Shown here: positions 43,811 through 52,511 of the stretch, piece by piece
Layout: the number at the start of each line of letters is the position of its first letter
Numbering within the stretch: position 1 is the stretch's first letter
Assembly: GCA_039000985.1 (NCBI GenBank)
Contig: JAWBMD010000005.1
Location: forward strand, 1-55,520
Length of the DNA: 55,520 nucleotides
Direction: 5' to 3'
Origin: Candidatus Aenigmatarchaeota archaeon
GTDB lineage: Archaea > Aenigmatarchaeota > Aenigmatarchaeia > CG10238-14 > SpSt-28
Position numbers and translations under genes: made by a program
The notes under the pieces: model-generated
Told to the model about the DNA's origin: nothing
What the model saw: the letters and a program-made list of their open reading frames with translations, nothing else
The model's database searches: none

Positions 43811-46231
43811 ATGATAAAGAGGAACAATTCTAATAATTCATATTTTAAATATTTTTTAATGTATTTTTTGGTTTGCTCATCTGTTTTAATGTATTTTTTA
43901 GGTAATAGATTTCTTATTCTTTTTTTATTAGCAGTATCTGGAATTTTTTTCTTTAATTGGAAAAGAAGAGAAATTATTATTTATTATCTTTTTATTTCTT
44001 TTATAGTTATCTATAGATTAATTCTTGGAAATTTTCCAGTAATAATATTAGCTTCTACTCCAGTTCCATCCCCACCAACTGTAGTTGATAGTCCTGATCC
44101 TCAGCAAGGAGGAGGAACTATAACTTTTAGTTGTAGTCCAACTGCTTGTCAACCAGGAGCTTATGATGAATTAATTAAACTTTTAATTTGTAAAAATAAT
44201 TCTGCGTCATGTGTTTTAGGAAGCCAATGGAGCTATAGAAGACCAATTACAATAAGCAATACTCAAAATTCTAATACTTTAACTGATTATCAAGTTTTAG
44301 TTACTAATCCAATTTATAATGAAACTGGCTTGATTGCAAGCTGGCATTTTAATGAAGGAAGCGGAACTATTGCTTTTGATTCCTCTGGTTATAACAACAA
44401 TGGTAATTTGGTTAATGGCCCCACTTGGGTTAATGGAAAATTTGGGAAAGCATTAAGTTTTGATGGAAGCAATGATTATGTTTCTACTGCTAATCAATTT
44501 AGTAATCCTCAAACATTTTCAATAGTTGTTTGGTTTAAAACAACTAGTAAATCTGGACGTAAAATTATTGGATTTGAAAATGCTCAAACAGGAACACGTA
44601 GTACTAGTTACGATAGACACTTATATGTTGGTACAGATGGTAAGCTCTATTTTGGTGTTCATGATGGATCAACTAGAACTATTTCTACTACAACTACAGT
44701 TACTGATGGTAATTGGCATTTTGCAGTTGCAACATTTTCTTCTAATGTAATGCGTTTATACTTAGATGGTAATTTTGTTAACTCATCGTCTACAGGAAGT
44801 GCACAAAATTACAATGGTTGGTGGAGAATAGGCTCTTACAAATGCGCTGGATGGCCAAATTGTGGAGATGGCTATTTCCCTGGTATAATAGATGAAGTTA
44901 GAATTTATAACAGAGCTCTATCTGCGTCTGAAATTCAAGCTTTATATCAAGCAAAAGCAAGATTGGATTATGGAGATATTAGATTTACAGATTCGGATGG
45001 AACACAATTAAATTATTGGCAAGAAGCAGATGGTAAATTCTGGGTAAAAGTTCCTTTTATTCGAGCTAGATCAACAAAAACAATTTACTTGTATTATGGA
45101 AACCCCAATGCTACTTCTGTAAGTAATGGGGATAATACTTTTATATTCTTCGACGATTTTTCAACCACCGATACTAACAAATGGCCAACTAGAGATACTC
45201 ATCTCCGTGTTTCTAATGGACTATTGGTCGGTTCTTCTACTGTAACAGAAAGCGGGTTGTGGTATTGGATTTCAAAGTCGCTTAGTTATGGTAATTTTAG
45301 TATCGAAGTTCTTCAGCGCACACCAAATGCAAATGGTGCTGAAGGTACTGTGTTGAGAGCAGAAACTAGTGGAGGCGGATACTATACTTTTAACAGCGAG
45401 GATTCACAAAGAGCTTTTCGTCTCTATCGCGGTACAACACAACTTGCCTCACTAACATCCCAACCGACAGCTACAGATTGGCAAATTCTTAGATTTAATT
45501 TTAATGGAACTATGCTAGAAGGCTATCGTGGCAATTCTTTAAAAGTCAGTGCTTCAGATTCAACATATAAAAGCTTTACTTTATTTAGATTAGGTCATTT
45601 AGATGGTTCAACCGCATATTCGGCAACTACCTATATAGATTGGGTTCGTATTCGCAAATACACTTCTCCAGAACCAACAACAAGCATAGGAAATGAAGAA
45701 ACTAATATAGCTTCTAATTATCTTTGGAATCAATCTTCAGCTGTAGCAAGCAATCCAACAGCAACTTATACTTGCCCTTCTTGTACATCCGCTACAAACA
45801 CTTATTATGGAGTTACTTATAGTGTTGATGAAGCAGTATGGACAAATTTTACTCAAGCTTTAAGTTTTACTTGTAAAAAAGAAAGTTCTTGTCCTTGTAC
45901 TAATCATAGAGAATGTTTTAATTATTGTTCAAATTGGATTTATAAGGATGGTACTTGTTATGAGGGCAGATGCTGGAATGCACATGAAGGCAGTCAATAT
46001 GGTGCACAACAATCATGCATAAATGGTATTTTGCTTGAAAATAATCAAAATTATAATAGATATTTAAATGTTAATGGTGAACTTTACTATTGTAAAGGTT
46101 CTGATAATTCCGATTCTCCCTATCCATTTGTTGAAAATGTATCTTCTAATAACAAAGTAGGATTTTGTACTTGTTTAAGTGATGGAAATTGGAGTTGTAC
46201 TAGACCTAAAGTAAAAATCAGAATTATTTAA
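43811..46231 (+). CDS. Membrane-anchored surface protein with LamG (Laminin_G_3), DUF2341 and Cys-rich C-terminal domains
   Basis: The N-terminal part has 3 helices followed by a PVPSPPTVVDSPDP linker. The LamG region reads WHFNEGSGTIAFDSSGYNNNGNLVNGPTWVNGKFGKALSFDGSNDYV...DGNWHFAVATF...MRLYLDGN...IDEVRIYNRALSASEIQALY. The DUF2341-like region reads DIRFTDSDGTQLNYWQE...FWVKVPFI...IYLYYGNPNA. The C-terminus is rich in Cys. Confidence 0.8.
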   Translation: MIKRNNSNNSYFKYFLMYFLVCSSVLMYFLGNRFLILFLLAVSGIFFFNWKRREIIIYYLFISFIVIYRLILGNFPVIILASTPVPSPPTVVDSPDPQQGGGTITFSCSPTACQPGAYDELIKLLICKNNSASCVLGSQWSYRRPITISNTQNSNTLTDYQVLVTNPIYNETGLIASWHFNEGSGTIAFDSSGYNNNGNLVNGPTWVNGKFGKALSFDGSNDYVSTANQFSNPQTFSIVVWFKTTSKSGRKIIGFENAQTGTRSTSYDRHLYVGTDGKLYFGVHDGSTRTISTTTTVTDGNWHFAVATFSSNVMRLYLDGNFVNSSSTGSAQNYNGWWRIGSYKCAGWPNCGDGYFPGIIDEVRIYNRALSASEIQALYQAKARLDYGDIRFTDSDGTQLNYWQEADGKFWVKVPFIRARSTKTIYLYYGNPNATSVSNGDNTFIFFDDFSTTDTNKWPTRDTHLRVSNGLLVGSSTVTESGLWYWISKSLSYGNFSIEVLQRTPNANGAEGTVLRAETSGGGYYTFNSEDSQRAFRLYRGTTQLASLTSQPTATDWQILRFNFNGTMLEGYRGNSLKVSASDSTYKSFTLFRLGHLDGSTAYSATTYIDWVRIRKYTSPEPTTSIGNEETNIASNYLWNQSSAVASNPTATYTCPSCTSATNTYYGVTYSVDEAVWTNFTQALSFTCKKESSCPCTNHRECFNYCSNWIYKDGTCYEGRCWNAHEGSQYGAQQSCINGILLENNQNYNRYLNVNGELYYCKGSDNSDSPYPFVENVSSNNKVGFCTCLSDGNWSCTRPKVKIRII

Positions 46232-46778
46232 TAAATGCAAATATTAAAACAACAGCTATGATAAAAATAAAAACAATTATTGTTGTTATTACTTCTTCTG
46301 GAATTTCACCAAATATAACACCTCTCGGAAATAGTATAGAAGTTAATCCAGATGTGAATAATAGTCCAACACCTATTAATATTCCTATTATTGCTAAAGA
46401 AAAGTAAAAAGCTGTTTTTCTATTACCTATTAGTTCTGCAAACTTTTCAGGTAGATTAGGTCCAATGAACATACTCATTATTAAAATACCAATAATAAAT
46501 ACAAACATTATTGAAAGTCCTTGCATTATAAATAATGAAAGCATTTTTTCAAAGTTTGTTATTCCTAATAGAATTGGAGAAGCCCAAACTAAAAGTGCCG
46601 CACTTAGTGCAATTATTGCATTAACAACTACATTTCTATCAGGATCCCCAAACAATTGACTTTTTCTTAAAAGTCCATAAAATATTGCCGAAGTTATCAT
46701 GTAAGGTAAAATAAATTGAAAAAATCCTATTGCTTCCAAATTTCTTATTGCAATTTCAATTGGTGTTTGGAAAATCAT
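46224..46778 (-). CDS. Polytopic membrane protein, paralog 1 of a four-gene tandem family
   Basis: GFFQFILPYMITSAIFYGLLRKSQLFGDPDRNVVVNAIIALSAAL. Roughly 5 TM helices. Confidence 0.6.
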   Translation of the reverse strand: MIFQTPIEIAIRNLEAIGFFQFILPYMITSAIFYGLLRKSQLFGDPDRNVVVNAIIALSAALLVWASPILLGITNFEKMLSLFIMQGLSIMFVFIIGILIMSMFIGPNLPEKFAELIGNRKTAFYFSLAIIGILIGVGLLFTSGLTSILFPRGVIFGEIPEEVITTIIVFIFIIAVVLIFAFIK

Positions 46779-46781
46779 TTT

Positions 46782-47324
46782 TCATTCGCCCCTTGTTGAT
46801 GCCGCTCCAATTAAAATTATTACTAAAAAAATAAATATTGCTGCTATAAAAACAGTAACATTTGGTGGAATTGGAGCACCTTTTATACCTTTATCACCCG
46901 CATCTCCTAAAGAAAATGTGAGTATTCCAATTAAGTTGCTTGTTATTAAAAGTATAAACGCTAGTGCAAACATTACCCAGATTTGAGTTCTTCTAGTAAA
47001 TAATTTTCCAATAGTTTCCCAAAGATTTGGATAAAAAAAACTAGCCAATAAAAGTGAAAAAACAAGAATAATTAAAAACAAAGATAGTTGAGCAAAGTAT
47101 AGTGAAAAATTAAAAACATAATTAATTCCGCTTAAGTATGGAAATGCAAATATGAAGAATGAAACAGTTAAAGCCACTATACCATTTATAAAAGCAGATT
47201 CCCCAAGCAATTTTGTTCTTCTCAATATACCATAAATTATTGCAGAAAACAAAATCCAAAGCAAAAGATTGAAAAATCCACTTCTTGAAAGAAAATCTAT
47301 AGCTGATGAAAATATATCTGCCAT
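46782..47324 (-). CDS. Polytopic membrane protein, paralog 2
   Basis: GFFNLLLWILFSAIIYGILRRTKLLGESAFINGIVALTVSF. The PNL motif is shared with paralog 1. Confidence 0.6.
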   Translation of the reverse strand: MADIFSSAIDFLSRSGFFNLLLWILFSAIIYGILRRTKLLGESAFINGIVALTVSFFIFAFPYLSGINYVFNFSLYFAQLSLFLIILVFSLLLASFFYPNLWETIGKLFTRRTQIWVMFALAFILLITSNLIGILTFSLGDAGDKGIKGAPIPPNVTVFIAAIFIFLVIILIGAASTRGE

Positions 47325-47333
47325 AATTTTATT

Positions 47334-47837
47334 TCATGTCAAAAACTTATATATTATAATCAAAATTATCAGAAAAATAGCTAGTACAAGATATGGTACA
47401 AAATTCGGCCCAATATAGTTTTCTAGATTTATTTCAAAATATAATGGAATAAATAATCCAGTTGTTATAGCAAATATTAAAGCTATTATAAAACCTAAAA
47501 CAAAAGAACCAATTCCCGGCTTGCCTCCTTTTAAAGATGAAATCATCATTGTAGATAATACGAAAAAAGCTAAGAAAACTATAAGGATAAAACCTCTTGA
47601 ATAAATATTTGCAAGTAAATTACTCCAATTTATATTAAGTGGGTTATAAAATACTATTAAAAAAGAAAGAGAGAGTGATATTATTACATTTATTTTTTTT
47701 GCTAAGTTTCCTTCTCCAAATACCTTAGATTTTTTTAGTAGGATATAAAAAGTTAAAAAAATTATTATGAAAGGAATGAAATAATCTATAAGCAAAGGGA
47801 TTCCCATTCTTCTATTTGTGGAGAAATATAGCTCCAA
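47334..47837 (-). CDS. Polytopic membrane protein, paralog 3
   Basis: LIDYFIPFIIIFLTFYILLKKSKVFGEGNLAKKINVIISLSLSF. The true start is probably MGIPLL at 47807. Confidence 0.55.
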   Translation of the reverse strand: MELYFSTNRRMGIPLLIDYFIPFIIIFLTFYILLKKSKVFGEGNLAKKINVIISLSLSFLIVFYNPLNINWSNLLANIYSRGFILIVFLAFFVLSTMMISSLKGGKPGIGSFVLGFIIALIFAITTGLFIPLYFEINLENYIGPNFVPYLVLAIFLIILIIIYKFLT

Positions 47838-48349
47838 ATATAACCAAACATTCCAACAACTATTATTAAAAATATTATTCCTGGAAAAACTACTCCACCA
47901 GTTCTAAATGTTGCTAATCCAACTAAAAATGCAGAAAGTATAAAACCAATAGCTGCCCAGAATAATACTTGTTTTAATGACGCTGTTATCGGTTGATAAT
48001 GGAGTATTGCTATTGATAAAGCCAAACTAATTAAAATAGCTACTTTTCTAGCAGTAGATGGTATTTCGGCTATTTTTTTCTCTGTTAGTGGTCCCGCGCT
48101 AACTTCCTCTCTTCCGAGTGTTTGTAAAAATACAAAATAAAATACAAAGAAGAATATTGAAATAAAAAATATGAATGGTACTAACTTTACAGCACCTATA
48201 CATTTTATGCATGTTGGAGATATTGAGGAGCTACAAATAGATGGCAATTCCCCAAAAATTAATGAAAGAATTGATAATGTCCATTCTTCAGAGCTATATT
48301 GTGCAAATACTAACGGAAGCAAAATTAACATTAATATTAGCTTTTTCAT
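47786..48349 (-). CDS. Membrane protein with signal peptide and Cys-rich ectodomain, distant paralog 4
   Basis: MKKLILMLILLPLVFAQ is signal-like. ICSSSISPTCIKC and FVFYFVFLQTLGREE...KVAILISLALSI echo the family motif. Confidence 0.5.
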   Translation of the reverse strand: MKKLILMLILLPLVFAQYSSEEWTLSILSLIFGELPSICSSSISPTCIKCIGAVKLVPFIFFISIFFFVFYFVFLQTLGREEVSAGPLTEKKIAEIPSTARKVAILISLALSIAILHYQPITASLKQVLFWAAIGFILSAFLVGLATFRTGGVVFPGIIFLIIVVGMFGYIWSYISPQIEEWESLCL

Positions 48350-48378
48350 AATTTTGTTTTGTTTACAAAAAATTTATT

Positions 48379-49140
48379 ATGATTATTAAGGTAGGGTGTT
48401 GCGGATTTTCAAGAAGTAAAAAAGAATATTTCAAAAATTTTTCTCTTATTGAATTACAATCAACATTTTATGATTTACCAAAAAATATCGAAACTGTTAA
48501 AAAATGGAGGGAAGAAGCTCCAAAAGATTTTGAGTTTTCATTAAAAGCATGGCAAGTTATAACGCATGAAATTTCTAGTCCAACATATAAAAGGATGAAA
48601 ACCAAATTTGGCAATGTTAAAAACTATGGGAATTTTAAAAATAGTAAAGAAGTTTTTGAAGCTTGGGAAAGAATTAGAGAAATTGCTAAAATTTTAAAAT
48701 CTAAAGTTATTGTTTTTCAATGCTCGCCTTCTTTCAATCAAACTAATGAAAATATTAAAAATATAAAAGGTTTTTTCACTAGTATTGAAAGGAATAATCT
48801 TTTATTTGCTTTAGAAATTAGAGGAAAATGGGATGAAAAAGTTTTAAAAGAAATTTGTGAGGAATTTAATTTAGTTCATTGTGTAGACCCATTTAAACAA
48901 AAATCTGTTTATGGAAACATTAATTATTTTAGATTGCATGGAAAAAATGGTTATAATTTAAGGTATATATATACAAAAAAAGATTTTGATGAAATTTTAA
49001 GTTTTTGTACAAGAAAAGAAAACTATGTTTTGTTTAATAATATAGAAATGTATTCAAATGCTTTGCAATTAAAATCTTATATTATTAAATACAGTGACAG
49101 ACCGAAATCCAAATTAACCTCTTCTTTAAATTCTAATTAA
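48379..49140 (+). CDS. DUF72-family protein
   Basis: VGCCGFS...FSLIELQSTFYDLP...WREEAPKDFEFSLKAWQVITH. Confidence 0.7.
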   Translation: MIIKVGCCGFSRSKKEYFKNFSLIELQSTFYDLPKNIETVKKWREEAPKDFEFSLKAWQVITHEISSPTYKRMKTKFGNVKNYGNFKNSKEVFEAWERIREIAKILKSKVIVFQCSPSFNQTNENIKNIKGFFTSIERNNLLFALEIRGKWDEKVLKEICEEFNLVHCVDPFKQKSVYGNINYFRLHGKNGYNLRYIYTKKDFDEILSFCTRKENYVLFNNIEMYSNALQLKSYIIKYSDRPKSKLTSSLNSN

Positions 49141-49549
49141 ACTCAAAGTATTAAAGGAATTAATCTTGTGTTTGAGTTATTCCTAATAAAGAATTTGTGA
49201 TTAATTGTTCATTTAAGTGTTTTTCTCAATATAAGCGTTATTAGCTCCCCCCTTTTCTATAAGCTCCAAATTTATCAGCAAAATACACATGTTTGCTTAT
49301 TTTTAATCTTAAAACCCATGCTTTTAAATATATAAAATAGCCCAACATTACTAAATTTTCATTAAAACATATAAATGATGAAATCAGGAAAAGAGATACG
49401 TCTAGACAGAGTTTAGATTTTAAGTTTTTTTAATACATTGACCGCACCATTCGATGTAATAAAAGTTCGAGCTGTTTTACTTATCCCAATGGTATTTTCT
49501 CCGATTACAGGAAACAATAAAATTTATATTACCAAATCTAATATAAATT

Positions 49550-51523
49550 ATGAAGCTTATATCGAAATTTTCTTTCATGTTAATATTTATTTTATTAGTA
49601 CCATTAGTTAGAGCAGACGGTATGCCTTGGCCAAGAAAACCAATTGTTTATGAATTTTCAGCAATACAAGAAAAAGATCAGATTGCTTTTATCGAGGTTT
49701 TAGATAAGAGCCGTGCAGTAATGCATCTTTATTTGTCTTTTGTTTCTATGGATGCGGATTATCACAACATAACTATAATACTCCCCTTTAAATCAATTCC
49801 ATATGCATTCCATGGTCAAAAGATGAAAGAAGATGTGTTTTCCATAAATTATGGAATTCCCCGAACAGAAACATTGGTCCAAAGTCAATCTTTTAGAACT
49901 ATGATTAGCAAAGTTTTAAGAGAAACTTCAACTGCTATAGAATCCTACTTTAGACTTGTATCTGGAGAATCGTTTTTTAAGTTAGTGCCGGTGATATATT
50001 ACAGTGGGAGATTAGCTGCTCCAATGGCTATGGTGCGGAACGAAACACGAGACGTTATTCCTGTTACACGATACTTATTTGAGGGAGGAGTCATAGATGT
50101 TTATGAGGTTTCGTCTGGTCAAACTCTTGCCGATTTCTTAAGTAGGCAATATCAGATAGAGTTACCAGAAAAGGTAAGAGAGGCTATAGATAAGTACGGT
50201 AGCCACTATATTGGTGTATTAACTGTGGATATTCAACCACCAGTTTCTAAAGGAGTTCTTGATAGCTTAGAAAATATATGCCCAAATACGCTGAGAGAGA
50301 TGAAGGATTATGTTACAACACATCCTTTTATAAAAATTGAAGTTCCAGGATGGTATAGATCACGAGGTGTTGAAGAAACTTGGTTCCCCTCTTATTATGA
50401 ATGGGATCCAGTTAAAATCGAGATAAAACATATGTTTTCAGATTTCATTAAAAAGTGTAGAGAAGAAAGTAGTAAAGCAGAAAACTTTATACCAATAAGT
50501 GGAGAAGTTGATGGGTATAACCACTTATGCATAAAAGTAAAGGATATAAAGGCAGGAGACACATTATCTTTTGAATATAGAAGTATTAACGATACATACC
50601 CTAGGGTTTTTATGATTGGAATCGACTGTCCAGAGATAGCAGGAAAAAGGACATACTTATATTCAGGATGTGAAAATTGTAGAATAGGTAAATATTGTTA
50701 CATAGGAGGAAGAGTTTATTATGGAAGTTATAACTATACTTTTGCCTCTAATTTAGCAGGTGAGCACGAAATATGTACTTGGCCATCTAGTGAAAGAGGT
50801 TACAGATGGTTCGTGAAAGTTAGTAGGGGAAGTGTAGTAGATATAGAAAGAATTGTTGTAGAATTTTTCTATGGGGTTTATGTCAAAAGAGATACTGACA
50901 AGGGGGTTGAACTAAACATGGCTTTCAATTTGAAGGACAACGAGATATTCTATCCTTTGGGTACTGGAATGGCGTGGACACAACCAATAGAGAATATAAA
51001 AGTTATTGTTAAAGTACCGAGCAATTTAGAAGTTTCCTTTAAAGGATTTCAATATTCTGGAATTGGAGAAGGATGGAGATATTATGTGTGGAAATATGAA
51101 AATAAAAATCCAAGCGTAGATATAATAGGAAAGGTTAGAGATATCACAATCTTCACTATGGTTTATGATAGAATAAAGAGAGTCATAGAGATTGTCTATA
51201 ACAATAGTAGTTGGATCGATGCTATATTGATAATTTTAATATTTTCTTTTGCAGGACTTCTAACTCATCAAAAAATTAAAGAACCAAAAAAGTTTTTCAT
51301 TTCCAAACCCAAAAAAATAGACAAATCAACCATCTATACTATTCTTGCCACAGTACTTTTATCTCCACTACTTACGGTTTGGGCTACTCTAATCTTAATA
51401 GTTTTTTTAAGAGAAAGGCCAAGTAAAAAACTTTTAAAAGAAACTATTAAATTAATGGCTATACTGTTTATAACTTTAATAGTTATCTATATGGTAGTTA
51501 AAATGGCAAGTTGGTTAATATGA
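49550..51523 (+). CDS. Secreted protein with C-terminal TM helices, DUF2330-like N-terminal region (tentative)
   Basis: MKLISKFSFMLIFILLVPLVRA is signal-like. IDVYEVSSGQTLADFLSRQYQIELPEKVREAIDKYGSHYIGVLTV resembles my recollection of the DUF2330 core. Three C-terminal TM helices. Confidence 0.5.
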   Translation: MKLISKFSFMLIFILLVPLVRADGMPWPRKPIVYEFSAIQEKDQIAFIEVLDKSRAVMHLYLSFVSMDADYHNITIILPFKSIPYAFHGQKMKEDVFSINYGIPRTETLVQSQSFRTMISKVLRETSTAIESYFRLVSGESFFKLVPVIYYSGRLAAPMAMVRNETRDVIPVTRYLFEGGVIDVYEVSSGQTLADFLSRQYQIELPEKVREAIDKYGSHYIGVLTVDIQPPVSKGVLDSLENICPNTLREMKDYVTTHPFIKIEVPGWYRSRGVEETWFPSYYEWDPVKIEIKHMFSDFIKKCREESSKAENFIPISGEVDGYNHLCIKVKDIKAGDTLSFEYRSINDTYPRVFMIGIDCPEIAGKRTYLYSGCENCRIGKYCYIGGRVYYGSYNYTFASNLAGEHEICTWPSSERGYRWFVKVSRGSVVDIERIVVEFFYGVYVKRDTDKGVELNMAFNLKDNEIFYPLGTGMAWTQPIENIKVIVKVPSNLEVSFKGFQYSGIGEGWRYYVWKYENKNPSVDIIGKVRDITIFTMVYDRIKRVIEIVYNNSSWIDAILIILIFSFAGLLTHQKIKEPKKFFISKPKKIDKSTIYTILATVLLSPLLTVWATLILIVFLRERPSKKLLKETIKLMAILFITLIVIYMVVKMASWLI

Positions 51524-51545
51524 TTGAAGGCGAATATATATATTT

Positions 51546-51923
51546 ATGATAGATTATCCGAACTTAATATCTATGGCAGGTTTGATAATGGGTATAGTTG
51601 GAATAAAAGTTCATGAGATACTAAAGGTCAATCTTAGTTGGAGAGTTTTTGCTTTCATTTTTTTGATGGTTGGCGAAATAGTACCAGATTTCATTCTTTT
51701 ATTTTTATCAACAGCACAAATGGATACTATTGTATTCTTCTTTTTCTACTCTTCATTTGTTGGGATGGCTTGTCTTGTATTCATGACGTTATTTGACTTG
51801 AGAAAAACTTTAAATAGTAATTATTGGTGTTTTATTCTTTCTTATTTTTTGGCTTTCTATGTTGTCTCTTTAATATTTAGTATTTTCGTTTATTTATCCC
51901 CTATTTATAAAGTATTATATTGA
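51546..51923 (+). CDS. Small 4-TM membrane protein
   Basis: 125-aa hydrophobic ORF, 22 nt after the previous gene. Confidence 0.45.
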   Translation: MIDYPNLISMAGLIMGIVGIKVHEILKVNLSWRVFAFIFLMVGEIVPDFILLFLSTAQMDTIVFFFFYSSFVGMACLVFMTLFDLRKTLNSNYWCFILSYFLAFYVVSLIFSIFVYLSPIYKVLY

Positions 51924-52134
51924 TTTATCAATTATAGATATTTATAGCAACTTAGTATTATTGCACGATTATGAAAAGATAGATATCATCAATTGCCACT
52001 AATACATAAAAATTATGAAAGAATAAAGAAAATTGGATAATTAATTAGAGGCACGTGTCAAACTTGTGAATAGTATATTGAATTTGTGGATTATTAAAAA
52101 CTTTGGAAATGAACCAGGTTAAAATAGTAAAGAT

Positions 52135-52249
52135 CGCCGGGACTGGGATTTGAACCCAGAAGGGGCAATGCCCCACCAGCTTTCTCTCACTATTCAAACC
52201 TTGATTAAAACTCAAGGCTGGCCCGTTAACCTGGTTCCGGCATCCCGGC
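52135..52249 (-). tRNA. tRNA-Ser(UGA) with a 29-nt intron at the canonical 37/38 position
   Basis: I folded the cloverleaf by hand. The acceptor stem is GCCGGGA/UCCCGGC with G73. The anticodon stem is CCAGC/GCUGG and the loop is CU-UGA-G[intron]A. The long variable arm is GGGGC-AUU-GCCCC and the T arm is CUGGG-UUCAAAU-CCCAG. Confidence 0.85.
52182..52210 (-). other. tRNA intron
   Basis: The intron UUUUAAUCAAGGUUUGAAUAGUGAGAGAA has a UCAAGG segment that pairs with CCUUGA spanning the anticodon. This is the extended helix expected for a bulge-helix-bulge substrate. Confidence 0.7.
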
Positions 52250-52289
52250 TACAATTTAAATTTAAATAATTTTACAATAATTTTATAAA

Positions 52290-52511
52290 ATGGGTTCAGA
52301 AAGGCCTATAGACGTATTAGATAAAGCAAAGGGAAAGAGAATTTTAGTAAAACTAAAAAATGGAGAAGAAATAACAGGAAATTTAGTAGCACTTGATTTG
52401 CATTTAAACATGTGGCTAGATGGAGCAGAAATAGTTAAAGATCAAACAAAAACTAAGGTTGGCAATATTTTTGTTAGAGGGGATACAGTAGTTTATTCAA
52501 TAATTTTGTAA
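52290..52511 (+). CDS. Sm-like archaeal protein (LSm/SmAP)
   Basis: PIDVLDKAKGKRILVKLKNGEEITGNLVALDLHLNMWLDGAE...FVRGDTVVYS contains the Sm1 and Sm2 motifs. Confidence 0.9.
   Translation: MGSERPIDVLDKAKGKRILVKLKNGEEITGNLVALDLHLNMWLDGAEIVKDQTKTKVGNIFVRGDTVVYSIIL

Noticed and set aside
3082-44750. Many 60-110-aa ORFs nested in or antisense to larger genes (e.g. 3082..3327, 4882..5076, 5659..5926, 6443..6652, 7410..7637, 10875..11114, 14138..14356, 16424..16663, 18668..19327, 20523..20762, 21279..21901, 23281..23490, 25337..25654, 27618..27908, 28983..29180, 33062..33352, 34502..34690, 36855..37040, 37973..38161, 39246..39446, 41334..41736, 42453..42668, 44526..44750)
   Set aside because: Each is fully contained in a longer ORF with recognisable family motifs. 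Their products are low-complexity, as expected by chance in AT-rich sequence.
49420-49520. Protein-like minus-strand fragment (FPVIGENTIGISKTARTFITSNGAVNVLKKLKI) in the 49141-49549 gap
   Set aside because: It spans only ~31 codons, has no ATG and no recognisable family. That is too little evidence to call a gene or a relic.
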